DNA from: a virus
Taxonomy: Duplodnaviria; Caudoviricetes
Strand: one strand, 5' to 3'
Length of the DNA: 34,645 nucleotides
Virus record (IMG/VR): IMGVR_UViG_3300017978_000114
Coordinates: 1 to 34,645 of that record
In this document: positions 15,021-25,328 of the stretch, in pieces
Layout of the letters: each line of letters starts with the position of its first letter
Numbering within the stretch: the first letter of the stretch is position 1
The notes under the pieces: model-generated
Seen by the model: the letters and a program-made list of their open reading frames with translations, nothing else
Databases searched by the model: none
Told to the model about the DNA's origin: nothing
Translations under genes and position numbers: made by a program

Positions 15021-16003
15021 AGCTCCGCGTCTGCTGTCCAACTGCTGATGTAAGTCTCAGAAGCAGATCGAGCAAAATAAAATTTTTCGGTATCAGGAGA
15101 CCCTGCTCCAACAGGAGACGGGCCGGAAACAGTCACCGTTGGAGCGGCGCGCATACTTGTTTTAAAGTACACATCGCCGACATACAGAGTCCCGTTATAA
15201 CTACCCGCATGGGAGTTGGAGCCTCCCGATTTTGCGTAATACCGCTGGCACCGAGCCAACTCCGGCCCCATTTCAGGCTGGCGATAGAGGTCAGCCGCCG
15301 CGACAGTGTGGGTGCCTTGCTTGATGTGGATGCCCCACAGGTCAACCCCGATGGTCTGGAGGCCGAGGCTGTTGGTGGATGCGTTGTAGTCGCTGCCTGC
15401 GGATGTCCAAAACATGAGGCGAAAAAAGTCATTCCCATTGATACCAAGCGTCTTGCCTGCAATGGAAGGAATAGCGAAAGTCGCCGCAAATGGCTCCCAA
15501 GAAGTTGTAAGGGTGACAGACACATTAGACGACGCGGATGTGGTCGCGGAGGGGCTTCCACCTGTGCCAAAGTTTTGCTCTGCGCGAATGGTTATGTTTC
15601 CAGAGCCAGACGACCGACGCGCCCAGCCAAGAACGGTGATGGTCTGCCCTGCGTAGCTGCGGACACCCTCAATGCGCTGCTCAATGATCGCAAGCTGGGA
15701 TGCCAGCGTCTGGCCGCTTACGGTTTGACGCAGGAAGTAGGTCGGGTTGCTCGACCCCAAAGTATCGCCAACAGTGAAAGCCTGCCGCGACATCGTGACA
15801 GTGCCGCCACCCGCCGCGTTTTTCCACCTATCTGCCCCGTAAGCGTCAGCAGTAAAGCTCGTCCCCCGCTGCCAGAAGTCGAAGGCCCCGTTGATGATGC
15901 GGTTCTCAGGGTCAAGAACACCGGGGCGCAGAGGCACAGTGTTGATCGTCCCGTCAAAGTCTGGTGCCGTAACGCCCGTGGTTCCGTCAATTACAACGCT
16001 CAT
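15017..16003 (-). CDS. Tail fibre / receptor-binding protein
   Basis: NRIINGAFDFWQRG...ADRW...ELARCQRYY...MRAAPTV pattern. Confidence 0.8.
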   Translation of the reverse strand: MSVVIDGTTGVTAPDFDGTINTVPLRPGVLDPENRIINGAFDFWQRGTSFTADAYGADRWKNAAGGGTVTMSRQAFTVGDTLGSSNPTYFLRQTVSGQTLASQLAIIEQRIEGVRSYAGQTITVLGWARRSSGSGNITIRAEQNFGTGGSPSATTSASSNVSVTLTTSWEPFAATFAIPSIAGKTLGINGNDFFRLMFWTSAGSDYNASTNSLGLQTIGVDLWGIHIKQGTHTVAAADLYRQPEMGPELARCQRYYAKSGGSNSHAGSYNGTLYVGDVYFKTSMRAAPTVTVSGPSPVGAGSPDTEKFYFARSASETYISSWTADAEL

Positions 16004-16356
16004 GCTTGGGTCTCCTCGGGGTAGGGATAGCGGCCTTTGATCTCAGCGACCTTGGCCTGCCATTCTTCGACAGTGGCCTCTCCGCGCTGGGACATGAAGA
16101 ACAGTGGGTCAGCTTCTGCGGTATATGCCGCCTTGCGGTTGGCCTCTTGCTCTTCCTTGGTGGGAACATAAGCCGGAGGCTCTACATAATCAGCCGTAGA
16201 TGGGTCTGCGTTCATCTGAGAATAAAGCGTGGCTACATCGAACAGAGCCCCGGTGTCGTTTGGGTTGCAGGTAAAGGGTATCCACCCAAAGGTCTCATGC
16301 TTAATCTCGCAGTCGATCCAGCCGTTAGCGAGGCGGTGCGCGTTGCGGTAGTTCAT
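16000..16356 (-). CDS. Tail fibre assembly/chaperone-like protein
   Basis: IDCEIKHETFGWIPFT; EADPLFF...EIKGRYP. Confidence 0.7.
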   Translation of the reverse strand: MNYRNAHRLANGWIDCEIKHETFGWIPFTCNPNDTGALFDVATLYSQMNADPSTADYVEPPAYVPTKEEQEANRKAAYTAEADPLFFMSQRGEATVEEWQAKVAEIKGRYPYPEETQA

Positions 16357-16958
16357 CAGGAAATCCTCAAGTAGACGTTTTGCTTTCCGGAGGCTGTGGC
16401 CCCGATGTTATTGCTACCCATAAGCCTCCACGTCCCAGATAGAGTCGCCGCTCCACGGATAGCGCCAGATGTCTGACCCGTACCAGCCACCATTGAGTTG
16501 ACCACATAACTCCCGGCAGGGCTTAAACTGGAGCCAGAAAAGGTCGAGCCTTCACTGAGGTTTGAGGTGGTGTTGATGTTTAGGTAGGCATATGTCCCGA
16601 CGTCCCCATATGCCAAGCCAGCCGTAGCCGTGCCGACCTGTGCGGATGTGGGGGCGGGAATGGGAAGCCAACTTGGAGCCACGCTAGAGCCGCCAGAAGT
16701 TAGAACTTGGCCAGCCGTGCCATAGTTTGTCCCCCCAAAACCAACTTCACCGCTTGGGCCAACAACAAAATTAAGGCCACCTGCCGTTGAGATTCCAACT
16801 GTGTCGGCTGCTGGAAAATAAATGCCAGTATTCAGGTCGCCAATATTAGTAATGGATGGGGCAAGTCTGGTTCCATCAGCCACGGACAACCCATTCGGGA
16901 GGCTAGGTGCGCCAGTGCCAGCAGCGTCGGTGATCAAGTTTGCGCGAATTTCGGACAT
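16356..16958 (-). CDS. Tail fibre protein
   Basis: DLNTGIYFPAADT, GTAGQVLTSGG..APSW, GTWRLMG motifs. Confidence 0.75.
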   Translation of the reverse strand: MSEIRANLITDAAGTGAPSLPNGLSVADGTRLAPSITNIGDLNTGIYFPAADTVGISTAGGLNFVVGPSGEVGFGGTNYGTAGQVLTSGGSSVAPSWLPIPAPTSAQVGTATAGLAYGDVGTYAYLNINTTSNLSEGSTFSGSSLSPAGSYVVNSMVAGTGQTSGAIRGAATLSGTWRLMGSNNIGATASGKQNVYLRIS

Positions 16959-16959
16959 G

Positions 16960-17484
16960 TCATTTCACCCCGTAAATGCGGATGGAGCCAGCGTCAAAGG
17001 TTCCGGCTGAGATCGTGAACGTGATGCTGGTGCTGGCTGTGGTGAGGCCGGATGCTCCACCTGAACCAAGTGTTGCTGTATTTGCACCTGCATTATAACT
17101 AACGGAACCGCTATACCAAAAAACTCCTGACGCTAAATCGACAGTGCCGCCGCCAATACAAAAGTCTCCTGCGGCAAGAAGGGTGGCATCCGAAACAAGT
17201 TTGCCATTCAGCCTAAGCACGGAAGCAGTTGCTGAACCTGAGACATTATCAACCACAAACTGCAACTGCTTGTAGTCCGTCAGCGTTAGCCCAGAGAGCG
17301 TGACAGACGATCCGCTTGTGGTGGCGATTGTGCCAAGGTGCGTAATACTGCCAAGATCAGCAGTCCGAGCCAGCGTCCCTGAAGAATCCGGCAGCGTCAG
17401 CGTCCGATCCGTGTTCGTGCCGGGGGCTGCGATGGAGAACGTCCCGGTGCCGGAAGCGTTAGGGGTTAGTGCAATTTTGCTCAT
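16960..17484 (-). CDS. Tail fibre-associated protein
   Basis: RTLTLPDSSGT; C-terminal GSIRIYG. Confidence 0.75.
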   Translation of the reverse strand: MSKIALTPNASGTGTFSIAAPGTNTDRTLTLPDSSGTLARTADLGSITHLGTIATTSGSSVTLSGLTLTDYKQLQFVVDNVSGSATASVLRLNGKLVSDATLLAAGDFCIGGGTVDLASGVFWYSGSVSYNAGANTATLGSGGASGLTTASTSITFTISAGTFDAGSIRIYGVK

Positions 17485-18938
17485 CAGATCACCACATATC
17501 TTGCGCCGGATGACACCGTGACGGTGATACCAGAGTTGATGGTTATTGGGCCAGTGGACATGCCGTTACGACCAGTCACAATGGTAATATCCTCAGCAAT
17601 CGTAGCCGAGTTCTCGTAGATAGCGTCAGACGTAGCTCCACCACCGATAGAACCCCATTCAGAACCGTTATAGCCCTCAAAGGATGTGGCGTCGGTGTTG
17701 AAGCGAAGCTGACCAGTTGCAGGCGTGGGCCGCTGAGCCTCAGTGCCTGACGGGATAACCGCAGCGCCAGTGGTTGATGTGCGCGGAACCTTCTCGCTGT
17801 CCAGTTCTTGAATGGCAGTCTGCACATTCGTAGCTGCAATGTTGCCAGCAGGCGTAAAGCCAATCGAAGATGCCACACCGGGAACATAGGCAACAACCCA
17901 TGCCGATCCAGTGTAAAGCTTCATCACGCCTTCGACAGAGTTGAAGTAAAGCGTTCCGCCAACTAGGGCATTACCATCATTATCTAGCGTAGGATCACTT
18001 GTTTTCGATCCGAGATAGCGATCATCAAAGCTATCAAAGGCAGCAAGGGTCGCATCACGCGCAGATTCAGCAGTAGAGGCTGCACTGGAAGCAGTAGCCT
18101 CACTCGCGGCGGCATTGGTTTCGCTAAGGGCCGCAGCCACCTCGGATGCAGCCGCAGCAATTTCAGATGCAGATGCAGCAGCTTCACTTGCCGCAGCGTT
18201 GGTTTCACTTGTTGCAGCAGCCAACTCGCTTGCGGCAGCAGCAGCTTCACTTGCAGCAGCAGCAGCTTCACTTGCAGCAGCAGCAGCTTCAGAAGAGGCG
18301 GCATGAGATTCAGAAGAAGCAGCCGCAGCTTCAGACGCAGCCGCAGCATCCTCAGAGTCAGAGGCGGCAGCGGCAGATGCAGCCGCAGCAACAGCATAAT
18401 CTTCAGCGTTGATTACTTCATCAATGGTAGGTCCATTGATTACAGCGCCAGTCGTTGCATCGAAAGCAAGCGTCTTGCCCTTGCGAGAAGCAACAGTAGG
18501 AAGCACAAGGCTAGGAGATACCTCATAGGGATTGGCGCGGATCGTGCGATCAATCCGATCCTTGGCATCAGCAACCATTGCCGTGAGAATGTCGAACTGT
18601 TCGTTCAGCGCAGCGCGGTTGATGTCAGCGCCAGCCGAGAAATCGCTTGTCCGTTCAATTGGGGTAGTGCGGATAATCGTAACCTTTGACCCGCCAGTAA
18701 TCCCAGTGACCTGCTGAACATCAGGAGGAGTTGCCGCAACAAACTCAATATTACCCGTCGAGCCATCGCCACCAGTGATTGTGTAGTCAGTGCCTTCTGC
18801 CTTTAGCACCCCATCAACATAGACACTCAAGTCAGAGTCGTTAAAAAACTCAAATGGCACAGCAAAGGTTTGCTGAGTCGCCCCTTGAGCAACTGTGTAT
18901 TCAATACGCGGATTGTTGTCGGCAAGATTGATGGTCAT
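17484..18938 (-). CDS. Proximal tail fibre with T7 gp17-like N-terminal adaptor and Ala-rich heptad stalk
   Basis: TFAVPFEFF...LSVYVDG...IIRTTP...ALNEQFD; AAASE repeats. Confidence 0.85.
   Translation of the reverse strand: MTINLADNNPRIEYTVAQGATQQTFAVPFEFFNDSDLSVYVDGVLKAEGTDYTITGGDGSTGNIEFVAATPPDVQQVTGITGGSKVTIIRTTPIERTSDFSAGADINRAALNEQFDILTAMVADAKDRIDRTIRANPYEVSPSLVLPTVASRKGKTLAFDATTGAVINGPTIDEVINAEDYAVAAAASAAAASDSEDAAAASEAAAASSESHAASSEAAAAASEAAAAASEAAAAASELAAATSETNAAASEAAASASEIAAAASEVAAALSETNAAASEATASSAASTAESARDATLAAFDSFDDRYLGSKTSDPTLDNDGNALVGGTLYFNSVEGVMKLYTGSAWVVAYVPGVASSIGFTPAGNIAATNVQTAIQELDSEKVPRTSTTGAAVIPSGTEAQRPTPATGQLRFNTDATSFEGYNGSEWGSIGGGATSDAIYENSATIAEDITIVTGRNGMSTGPITINSGITVTVSSGARYVVI
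18060..18390 (-). repeat. 21-nt tandem repeats encoding (AAASEAA)n
   Basis: GCAGCAGCAGCAGCTTCACTT units and degenerate copies. Confidence 0.85.
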
Positions 18939-18982
18939 AGATCACCTCGTTGCCCTAGCAATTACAGCCTAGAGAAGCTGCA

Positions 18983-18994
18983 TCAACGCACAAA
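18983..18994 (-). promoter_or_regulatory. Putative late promoter motif TTTGTGCGTTGA upstream of the tail fibre/lysis unit
   Basis: Exact copy of 3304-3315 in a 57-nt intergenic gap. Confidence 0.7.
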
Positions 18995-18995
18995 G

Positions 18996-21900
18996 TTAGC
19001 TACGCGATAATGTGCGGGCAAACTCGTTGACCTCTCCGCGCAGGAACCACAGGTTTGAGAACGGCAGGTTCTTGATGAACATGGACGCACCCTCGCCATA
19101 CTCTCCGTTTGCAAACGCAGCACCAGACCGAGCCATGTCAGCAACCCAAGAGCTACTGGCCCCAGTCAATCCAGTCACAGCGTCAACCATGCTAGGCTTC
19201 TGAGGGAAGCGCGGTGAAAGAACGCCGCCTGTGATGTTGGGTCCACCAAGCGCCAGCGAAGTTTGCAAACTGGTGTAGAACAAGTCGCTATAGAGCGCGG
19301 CAATGCCACCCATATCAAAGGAGCGGGCAATCTTGTCTTGGATAGCCATGTTCTCCCAGACCTGATCTGGCGTCCTGATTGCGGTAATCATGTAGCCAAG
19401 GCCCATCATAGCAGCGACACCAGTCATGCGACTACGCACTGCGTTCTGCATCATCAGGCCAACAGTCTTGTTCACGTTGGCAAACGCATAGGCGTAGAAC
19501 TGGAAGGGAAGAGCAATGAAGGCGTTCTCAATGCGAGAGTAGCCGGGGTTACGAGGATCAGGTGCAAGTCCAATCCGTGCGCCTAGCTCTTCACGCACAT
19601 AGACCACGCCATCCATCATGATCGGCTTGTCAGCAGGCGTAGCCATAATGACGGTATTGTTGATTGCGGTGTTCACCGCAGTCTTGAAGCGATCAGCCGT
19701 ATCCTGTGCCACTTGTTGAGACTTCTTATGCTCAGCCATCGCAAGCTGATTGATCTTGTTCTCATACTCAGGGCTACGAGGCGGCAGGCCAAGGTCTTCC
19801 GCAGAGAAGCGGGTGTGCATGATTTCATGCAGCATAACAAAGTTAGACCACTCGCGGGGAGTCTTGAACGCATCTTCCGGCATGGCCTTCACACCTTCCA
19901 TGCGCGGCTTAGTCCAAGCCTTCTCCTCAAACTTGACGGTCTCAATATACTCCCGGTCAAAGTAGATCGTGCCACCCGGTCCTTCTTCGTTGGGGCGATA
20001 GTAGGCAGAGACATACTCACCAGCGTCATTCGTTTTGCCTACAGAAGAGCCATCCTCCATCACCTCAATAATGCGGACGCGATTGCCATCAACTGTTGGG
20101 ACTGCGTAGTTGCCAGCCCACTCATCGGCATTGGGAAGAATGAAGCCAGTCTTGGGATCGACCTGATACGGCGATGCAGCAATACGAGCAGCAAGCTCAG
20201 CATCAATGCCATGCCGTGCAAGGTAGCGCACTTCGAAGTCATCTGCCTCGCCACGGGCCAGCTTGCCAGACAGTTCGATCATGTTGTGACCAGACAGTGC
20301 GCCAGTGAATTGTTTGGCAATCGTGGTCATAGGGCCAAGCAGGTTCATGGTGTGGAAGGCGTTGCGAACACGATCCATGACGCCATTGCTTAGGACGTTG
20401 TAGTTCTGATCGTCCACCATCCGCAGATGCGCTGAGCCAAGAAGCATGTCCAGTGCGCCACCTAAGGCGCGGACTTGATCCCTCGAAGCGCGACGAAGAA
20501 CGGGATCAAACATAGCCTGTGCGCCACGCACAACAGCCTGCCCTTCATGCTCCATGATGATGCGACCAAAGTCACCGATAGCCGCAATGCCAGCGCCACC
20601 AAGGTAAGTCATTGAAGCAGCATCACGAAGAACAGTAGCAACCCGTTGGTTCCAAGCATCAGGGTTCTGCACTACGCGACCAACCACCCGATCATAGAGG
20701 TGGTTAAAGTCACGCACTGTCTTCTGAACCTTTGCCTCTGGAACACCAGCCGACAACATCTGCTCACGAAGGCGGCTAACAATCTTGCCGCGATTGCCGC
20801 CAAACTGTTTGGCAAAGTGATACGAGGCGCTGGTGCGCGAAGTATAGTTGCTCATCACGTTGATTGGGTTCTGCTCAATGAACTCGAACACCTTGCTGTT
20901 GGGGATGTCGAGTTGGCGAGAGCGCAATGCGCTAGGGCGGCCAGCGCCAGTGAAGACGTTCTGACCTTCAGGGTCCAGTCGATTGCCAAGAATGGTTTCG
21001 ATGGTTTCGTCTGCCCGCTTGGCAATAGCATCAGGTGCAGTCGATAGATCGACACGCTCCCACTTCATCGACTCCTCGCTAAAGCGGATGATGTATGGGT
21101 TCTCAGTATACCAGTCGATCAGGATTTTCTTGAGCTTGTCACGGCCAGCCTGAACAGCGCCAGTGTTCCAGTAGCGCGGCAAGAACGGCTCAGACTTTTC
21201 AGTCAGCATCGGGTTATCAAACTCAAACTGAGTTTCATCCAGCACAGCCTTGCGCTCAGCCAGCGTCTTGTTCAGCGTGGGAAGCTGATCTGCCGGGGCT
21301 TGGTCAACCTTGGCTTGGAGTGCATCGACCTCAAGGCGCAAGTCATTGAGTTGGCGACCAAGCGTTGCCTTGGTGCGAAGCTGCCCGGTCTCAATCAGGC
21401 GCTCCTCCCAGCGGGCAAAGTAGTCGTCCATCATCTTGGCGGCTCTTGCCTCAGCAGCGGTCATGTCACCACCAGTGACGCGCTTGCGGTTCACATCAGA
21501 CAGCCATGCCGTGATGGTCGATCCATTGCGCTGAACAGCACGGGAAATGCTGGTTGCGTTCACATCTGGATTGCTAAGAACAGAAGTGCCGGGAGTGGGT
21601 GCGCCCGTATCCTCAGCCCACAGCTTGACCATGCCATCATAGGCCACGGCAAACTCGCCCATGTCCTTGGTAGATAGTTGATGCACAGAGAGAGGAGCGG
21701 ATACGCCAGCCTCATGCAGCTTTAGCTGAGTGCCGCCATCTCCAGCCAGCATAACAAAGGTGCGCTTCACCTCATTGTTCACCGATCCGTAGTTGTCAGT
21801 GATGGTGCGACGAAACGGGTTGGTTACGAAGTTGATGAGCGGATTGTCAGCGCCAGCAGACGGACGATACAGGTCATTCAGGTCAACGCCCTTCTCTTCT

Positions 21901-22802
21901 ACCTTGCGGAAGAAGGATTCATCGGCCAAGCCCTGACGCTCTACGCGCAGTTGCTCAATATCGTCCTTGATAATCCTAGCCTCACCGCTTCCCTCTGGAA
22001 GAGTGACAAGCTGATCCTCAAGGCTTTGGATACGGGCATTGAGGCCAGTAAGGCTTTCATCGACGTTCTCAACCTGACCAAGCGGACGAGCATCACGCCG
22101 AGTAAAGCGTTCAATGACACCAGGAGCAGTGCCGCCCATGTCGTCCAGTGCGCGGGACGCAGTGAAGATAGCCTCAGCTTGCGTTCTGATCTTGGCTTGA
22201 GCATTCAGTTTAGAAACAAGCGGAGCAGCAAAGACACCAGTTGCACCAGCCCCAAACAACGCTGCTGTTGTAGTGTTGACTGTTGTCTCAGTCCAAGTCT
22301 GAACAGGGTCAGTGTCTTTAGCCACTAGGTTTAACCCAAGCTCAGTTCCGCCAACAACCGTCCCGCCCTTAAGCGCGGTTCGAGCCAAAGATACTCGCCC
22401 AATATTTGCCGCAAAGCCAAGAGGGATTGGAAGGTAGTTAACCGGATTGGCAAACTGAGCGACCATTGAGTATCCAAGTGGGGTAACAGCTTGGTCCTCA
22501 CGAAGCTTCTGTCGATCCATGATGAAGCTGGTAACATCGGCAGCATGTTGTGGGTTTACAGTGCCAACATAGGAAGCGCCAAACGCTTCAAAGCCTTGAG
22601 GGATGTGCTTCTTGTAATCGTATCCCGGTTCGATGTTGGGGCCATAAACCACAGTCTGACGCAGCTTTTCAGCCATGCCACCAAAGTAGTAGCTCAGTTC
22701 ATTACCTACTGCCTCTTGCAGGTTTGGAACAGTAGCGCGAAAGCCCGGTCCAGTTTGAGTCACCGGGCCAGTCGGAATAATATCGCGCTCTGTAACTGCC
22801 AT
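18996..22802 (-). CDS. Large internal virion (ejection) protein, T7 gp16 position, with HExxH insert
   Basis: About 1268 aa; synteny; GGAGG RBS; FLPRYWN, QFYAYAF, LPFSNLW motifs. Confidence 0.75.
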   Translation of the reverse strand: MAVTERDIIPTGPVTQTGPGFRATVPNLQEAVGNELSYYFGGMAEKLRQTVVYGPNIEPGYDYKKHIPQGFEAFGASYVGTVNPQHAADVTSFIMDRQKLREDQAVTPLGYSMVAQFANPVNYLPIPLGFAANIGRVSLARTALKGGTVVGGTELGLNLVAKDTDPVQTWTETTVNTTTAALFGAGATGVFAAPLVSKLNAQAKIRTQAEAIFTASRALDDMGGTAPGVIERFTRRDARPLGQVENVDESLTGLNARIQSLEDQLVTLPEGSGEARIIKDDIEQLRVERQGLADESFFRKVEEKGVDLNDLYRPSAGADNPLINFVTNPFRRTITDNYGSVNNEVKRTFVMLAGDGGTQLKLHEAGVSAPLSVHQLSTKDMGEFAVAYDGMVKLWAEDTGAPTPGTSVLSNPDVNATSISRAVQRNGSTITAWLSDVNRKRVTGGDMTAAEARAAKMMDDYFARWEERLIETGQLRTKATLGRQLNDLRLEVDALQAKVDQAPADQLPTLNKTLAERKAVLDETQFEFDNPMLTEKSEPFLPRYWNTGAVQAGRDKLKKILIDWYTENPYIIRFSEESMKWERVDLSTAPDAIAKRADETIETILGNRLDPEGQNVFTGAGRPSALRSRQLDIPNSKVFEFIEQNPINVMSNYTSRTSASYHFAKQFGGNRGKIVSRLREQMLSAGVPEAKVQKTVRDFNHLYDRVVGRVVQNPDAWNQRVATVLRDAASMTYLGGAGIAAIGDFGRIIMEHEGQAVVRGAQAMFDPVLRRASRDQVRALGGALDMLLGSAHLRMVDDQNYNVLSNGVMDRVRNAFHTMNLLGPMTTIAKQFTGALSGHNMIELSGKLARGEADDFEVRYLARHGIDAELAARIAASPYQVDPKTGFILPNADEWAGNYAVPTVDGNRVRIIEVMEDGSSVGKTNDAGEYVSAYYRPNEEGPGGTIYFDREYIETVKFEEKAWTKPRMEGVKAMPEDAFKTPREWSNFVMLHEIMHTRFSAEDLGLPPRSPEYENKINQLAMAEHKKSQQVAQDTADRFKTAVNTAINNTVIMATPADKPIMMDGVVYVREELGARIGLAPDPRNPGYSRIENAFIALPFQFYAYAFANVNKTVGLMMQNAVRSRMTGVAAMMGLGYMITAIRTPDQVWENMAIQDKIARSFDMGGIAALYSDLFYTSLQTSLALGGPNITGGVLSPRFPQKPSMVDAVTGLTGASSSWVADMARSGAAFANGEYGEGASMFIKNLPFSNLWFLRGEVNEFARTLSRS

Positions 22803-22803
22803 C

Positions 22804-25314
22804 TTAGTTGCCTCCAAGCGTGATTGGCGTCTTGCCTGACGTTAGATCAAGAAGCTCTTTTGCAGCAGCTTCTTCGCGTTCATTGCGAACCTTCTCAAGC
22901 GCCTCGTCAAGATCAGTGGTTAATTTGAATTTTGGTTCACGGGTTGAGACCATCAGTGGCGAACCATCTTTCCTGTTGATGGGTTGAGGAAAGCCACCAG
23001 TCTGAGGGTCCACTCGAACAACCATATAAGTCTCACCACCGAAGCGGTCTGTTCCACGTGGAACAAGTTGAAGGTAAGGCTTGATGCGTTCACCCCCCAA
23101 CTCTGCAATTGCTTGAGCCTCTGGTTGGAAATACTTCACATCAATCTCTGGAGCTTCAAGCCTAAGTTCTGCCTGAACGAAAGCAAGAAACTTAGACTGA
23201 TGCTTCGGAACAGTGCGTGACAGAGTTGCTTGAGTGCGAGACGATGGAAGTCCGTTGCTCATATCAATGACGTATCCATTCCCAGACGGGAACCATGTGT
23301 CAATTTGATCGTTGATGCGCTTAGCAATCGACTTTGGAGTTTGCTGAACTGGACTGCCAGCGAGGGTGTCTGCAACAAGATAAGTCACCAAGGACTTAAC
23401 TGCTTCTTTCTGAGAAGTGCTTAGAAGGCTGTAATCATCAACGGACTTCATCATCCAGTCGTTGATCTTCTCATTCTCCTCAAGCCCAAGAAACATTTCT
23501 ACAGTCTTTGGAAAGCCTTCCTTCGACATGTTTTGTTTCGCAGCGGCAACCATTGGCGCAATATTTGCTTCGCTTCCAGCGACCTGAACGATCTCGTTGT
23601 AATGCTCAAGCAGCATAATCTCATCAGGCTCCAGCGCCTTGAGCGCAGGATTAGCAGTAATGCCTTGAGGAGTGGAAATGCTTTTCATGGCATTGTAGTG
23701 AGCCATGATTGTTGGATTGTAGTTTCCAGCAGCCAACGACTTGAGAGAGGACAAAAGCCCGCTCGGCATTGCGTTCGGTGTTTTGTAAACTTCCTCAAAG
23801 GCGCGAACATATTGAGGGTCTTGCATGTAGGTTGGATTGCGCCACAGATCGGCTGGCAACGCAGTAAGCGGAACGCCTCCAACATTTGCTCTGGTGCGAT
23901 TAACTACATCAACAAGGAAGTCATCAGCCGCAGTCTGACCATCCTTGCTTCCGGGATCAGCAAATCCAGCAGACACATTGCTGACTGCATCCATTCTTGT
24001 CCGAGCATTTTGAGCTTCAGTAAGCTGCTCTCTCTTAGCCTGTTCCGCGCTGTTAAAAGCGGACTGGCGGAAGCCATTGTCACTGACGCCTCCGCCAAGC
24101 TGCACAAACGCATCAAGGTTCTTAAGGACATCTTGTGAAAGATTGCCAGCCTCGCCGCGACGAACATAGGCATCCATCTGAACAAGGTCAGCTTGAGATG
24201 CAGCAGAGTTAATTGCGGCCTGCAATACCTGATTGGCTAAAGCAATCTTTCCATCATCGGTCAGTGCTTTTGCCTCACCCTCACTCAGCCCAGTGATTGA
24301 TTTAATCTGCTGCTCAATCTCAACATTAGCAGCAAGGACTTCATCTGTGGTTCGTAGGCCGCGAACATTTACAAACTCTGCACGAAGATCAGCTGCTTGC
24401 TCAGAGGCAAGCCTCTTCTGCTCGGCCTCAGCAAACTTAGCAGGGCCAGCAGCATATGCGCCAAGCTCTGTGTCAACATGATCCCGCATATCTGGCGAAA
24501 TGCCATCCATGAGGATGAAGAAATTTGTCCGCTCATCATCGGTAAGGTTGGCATAGTTGTTATCGGCTACAGCCTGACGGATGCGAGTAACATCATCTGA
24601 TGTTTTGCCACGAACAAGTTGCGTAATAATGCCATCCGCAAGTGATGTCTCAATAGCGTTGGCGCGATCATTCAGAGAAGTAATCTTGTCTTCACTTGTT
24701 TCAACAAGGGCTTCACTGCGAAGCTTGGCAACATCTGCCCGTATATTACGAGCGTAACTTCCAGTTGCCTGAATGCTAGAGGCCGTATTGTAAACGCTAG
24801 TCTCGGCATCGGCAGTAGCAGCAGCAAACTTGCGAGCATCAACGGCAGCAGCCGCATCGGCCTCAGCCTTAGCCAGTGTGCTTACCGACTCAACAACTTT
24901 GATCTGACCACCAAGATACTCCTTGGCAAAGTCAACGTAATTGCCAAGAGCCTTTGGATTGTTCTGATAGATTGAAAGCGAAGGAACAAGCTCAGGGAAG
25001 AATTGCCCAAGGGCATTAAAGTCCTGAGAACGAAGCGCACCATCAACGCCCTTAAGAATAGTGGCGGTGTCTGGGTTGCTCTTGTCCAGTTTGTTGACAA
25101 AGTGCTTTAGGTAGCCGCGAGTGAGGGCTTGCTGTTGGTCAAAGTTAAGCTTCTCCATGGAAGGTGCAGGAGCAAGCTCAGCTTCAACCGCATTCTTCTG
25201 AGCAACCTGCATTGACATGGACAAGTAGCCAGTAAGGCTAGCAGGATTGGCCGTAGGATTAATCGGCTGAACACCGGAAAAGCTCAGCTTCGGTTTCTTC
25301 GTCGCTTCATCCAT
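22804..25314 (-). CDS. Internal virion protein (gp15 position)
   Basis: 836-aa Ala-rich helical ORF; synteny. Confidence 0.7.
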   Translation of the reverse strand: MDEATKKPKLSFSGVQPINPTANPASLTGYLSMSMQVAQKNAVEAELAPAPSMEKLNFDQQQALTRGYLKHFVNKLDKSNPDTATILKGVDGALRSQDFNALGQFFPELVPSLSIYQNNPKALGNYVDFAKEYLGGQIKVVESVSTLAKAEADAAAAVDARKFAAATADAETSVYNTASSIQATGSYARNIRADVAKLRSEALVETSEDKITSLNDRANAIETSLADGIITQLVRGKTSDDVTRIRQAVADNNYANLTDDERTNFFILMDGISPDMRDHVDTELGAYAAGPAKFAEAEQKRLASEQAADLRAEFVNVRGLRTTDEVLAANVEIEQQIKSITGLSEGEAKALTDDGKIALANQVLQAAINSAASQADLVQMDAYVRRGEAGNLSQDVLKNLDAFVQLGGGVSDNGFRQSAFNSAEQAKREQLTEAQNARTRMDAVSNVSAGFADPGSKDGQTAADDFLVDVVNRTRANVGGVPLTALPADLWRNPTYMQDPQYVRAFEEVYKTPNAMPSGLLSSLKSLAAGNYNPTIMAHYNAMKSISTPQGITANPALKALEPDEIMLLEHYNEIVQVAGSEANIAPMVAAAKQNMSKEGFPKTVEMFLGLEENEKINDWMMKSVDDYSLLSTSQKEAVKSLVTYLVADTLAGSPVQQTPKSIAKRINDQIDTWFPSGNGYVIDMSNGLPSSRTQATLSRTVPKHQSKFLAFVQAELRLEAPEIDVKYFQPEAQAIAELGGERIKPYLQLVPRGTDRFGGETYMVVRVDPQTGGFPQPINRKDGSPLMVSTREPKFKLTTDLDEALEKVRNEREEAAAKELLDLTSGKTPITLGGN

Positions 25315-25328
25315 GACTCAAAGTATCC

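Noticed and set aside
15209-16024. 271-aa + strand ORF
   Set aside because: Antisense shadow of the tail fibre gene; low-information Arg-rich translation
18060-18412. Tandem repeats and poly-Gln/Leu ORFs as CRISPR or separate genes
   Set aside because: In-frame coding heptad repeats with no spacers; the other frames are artefacts
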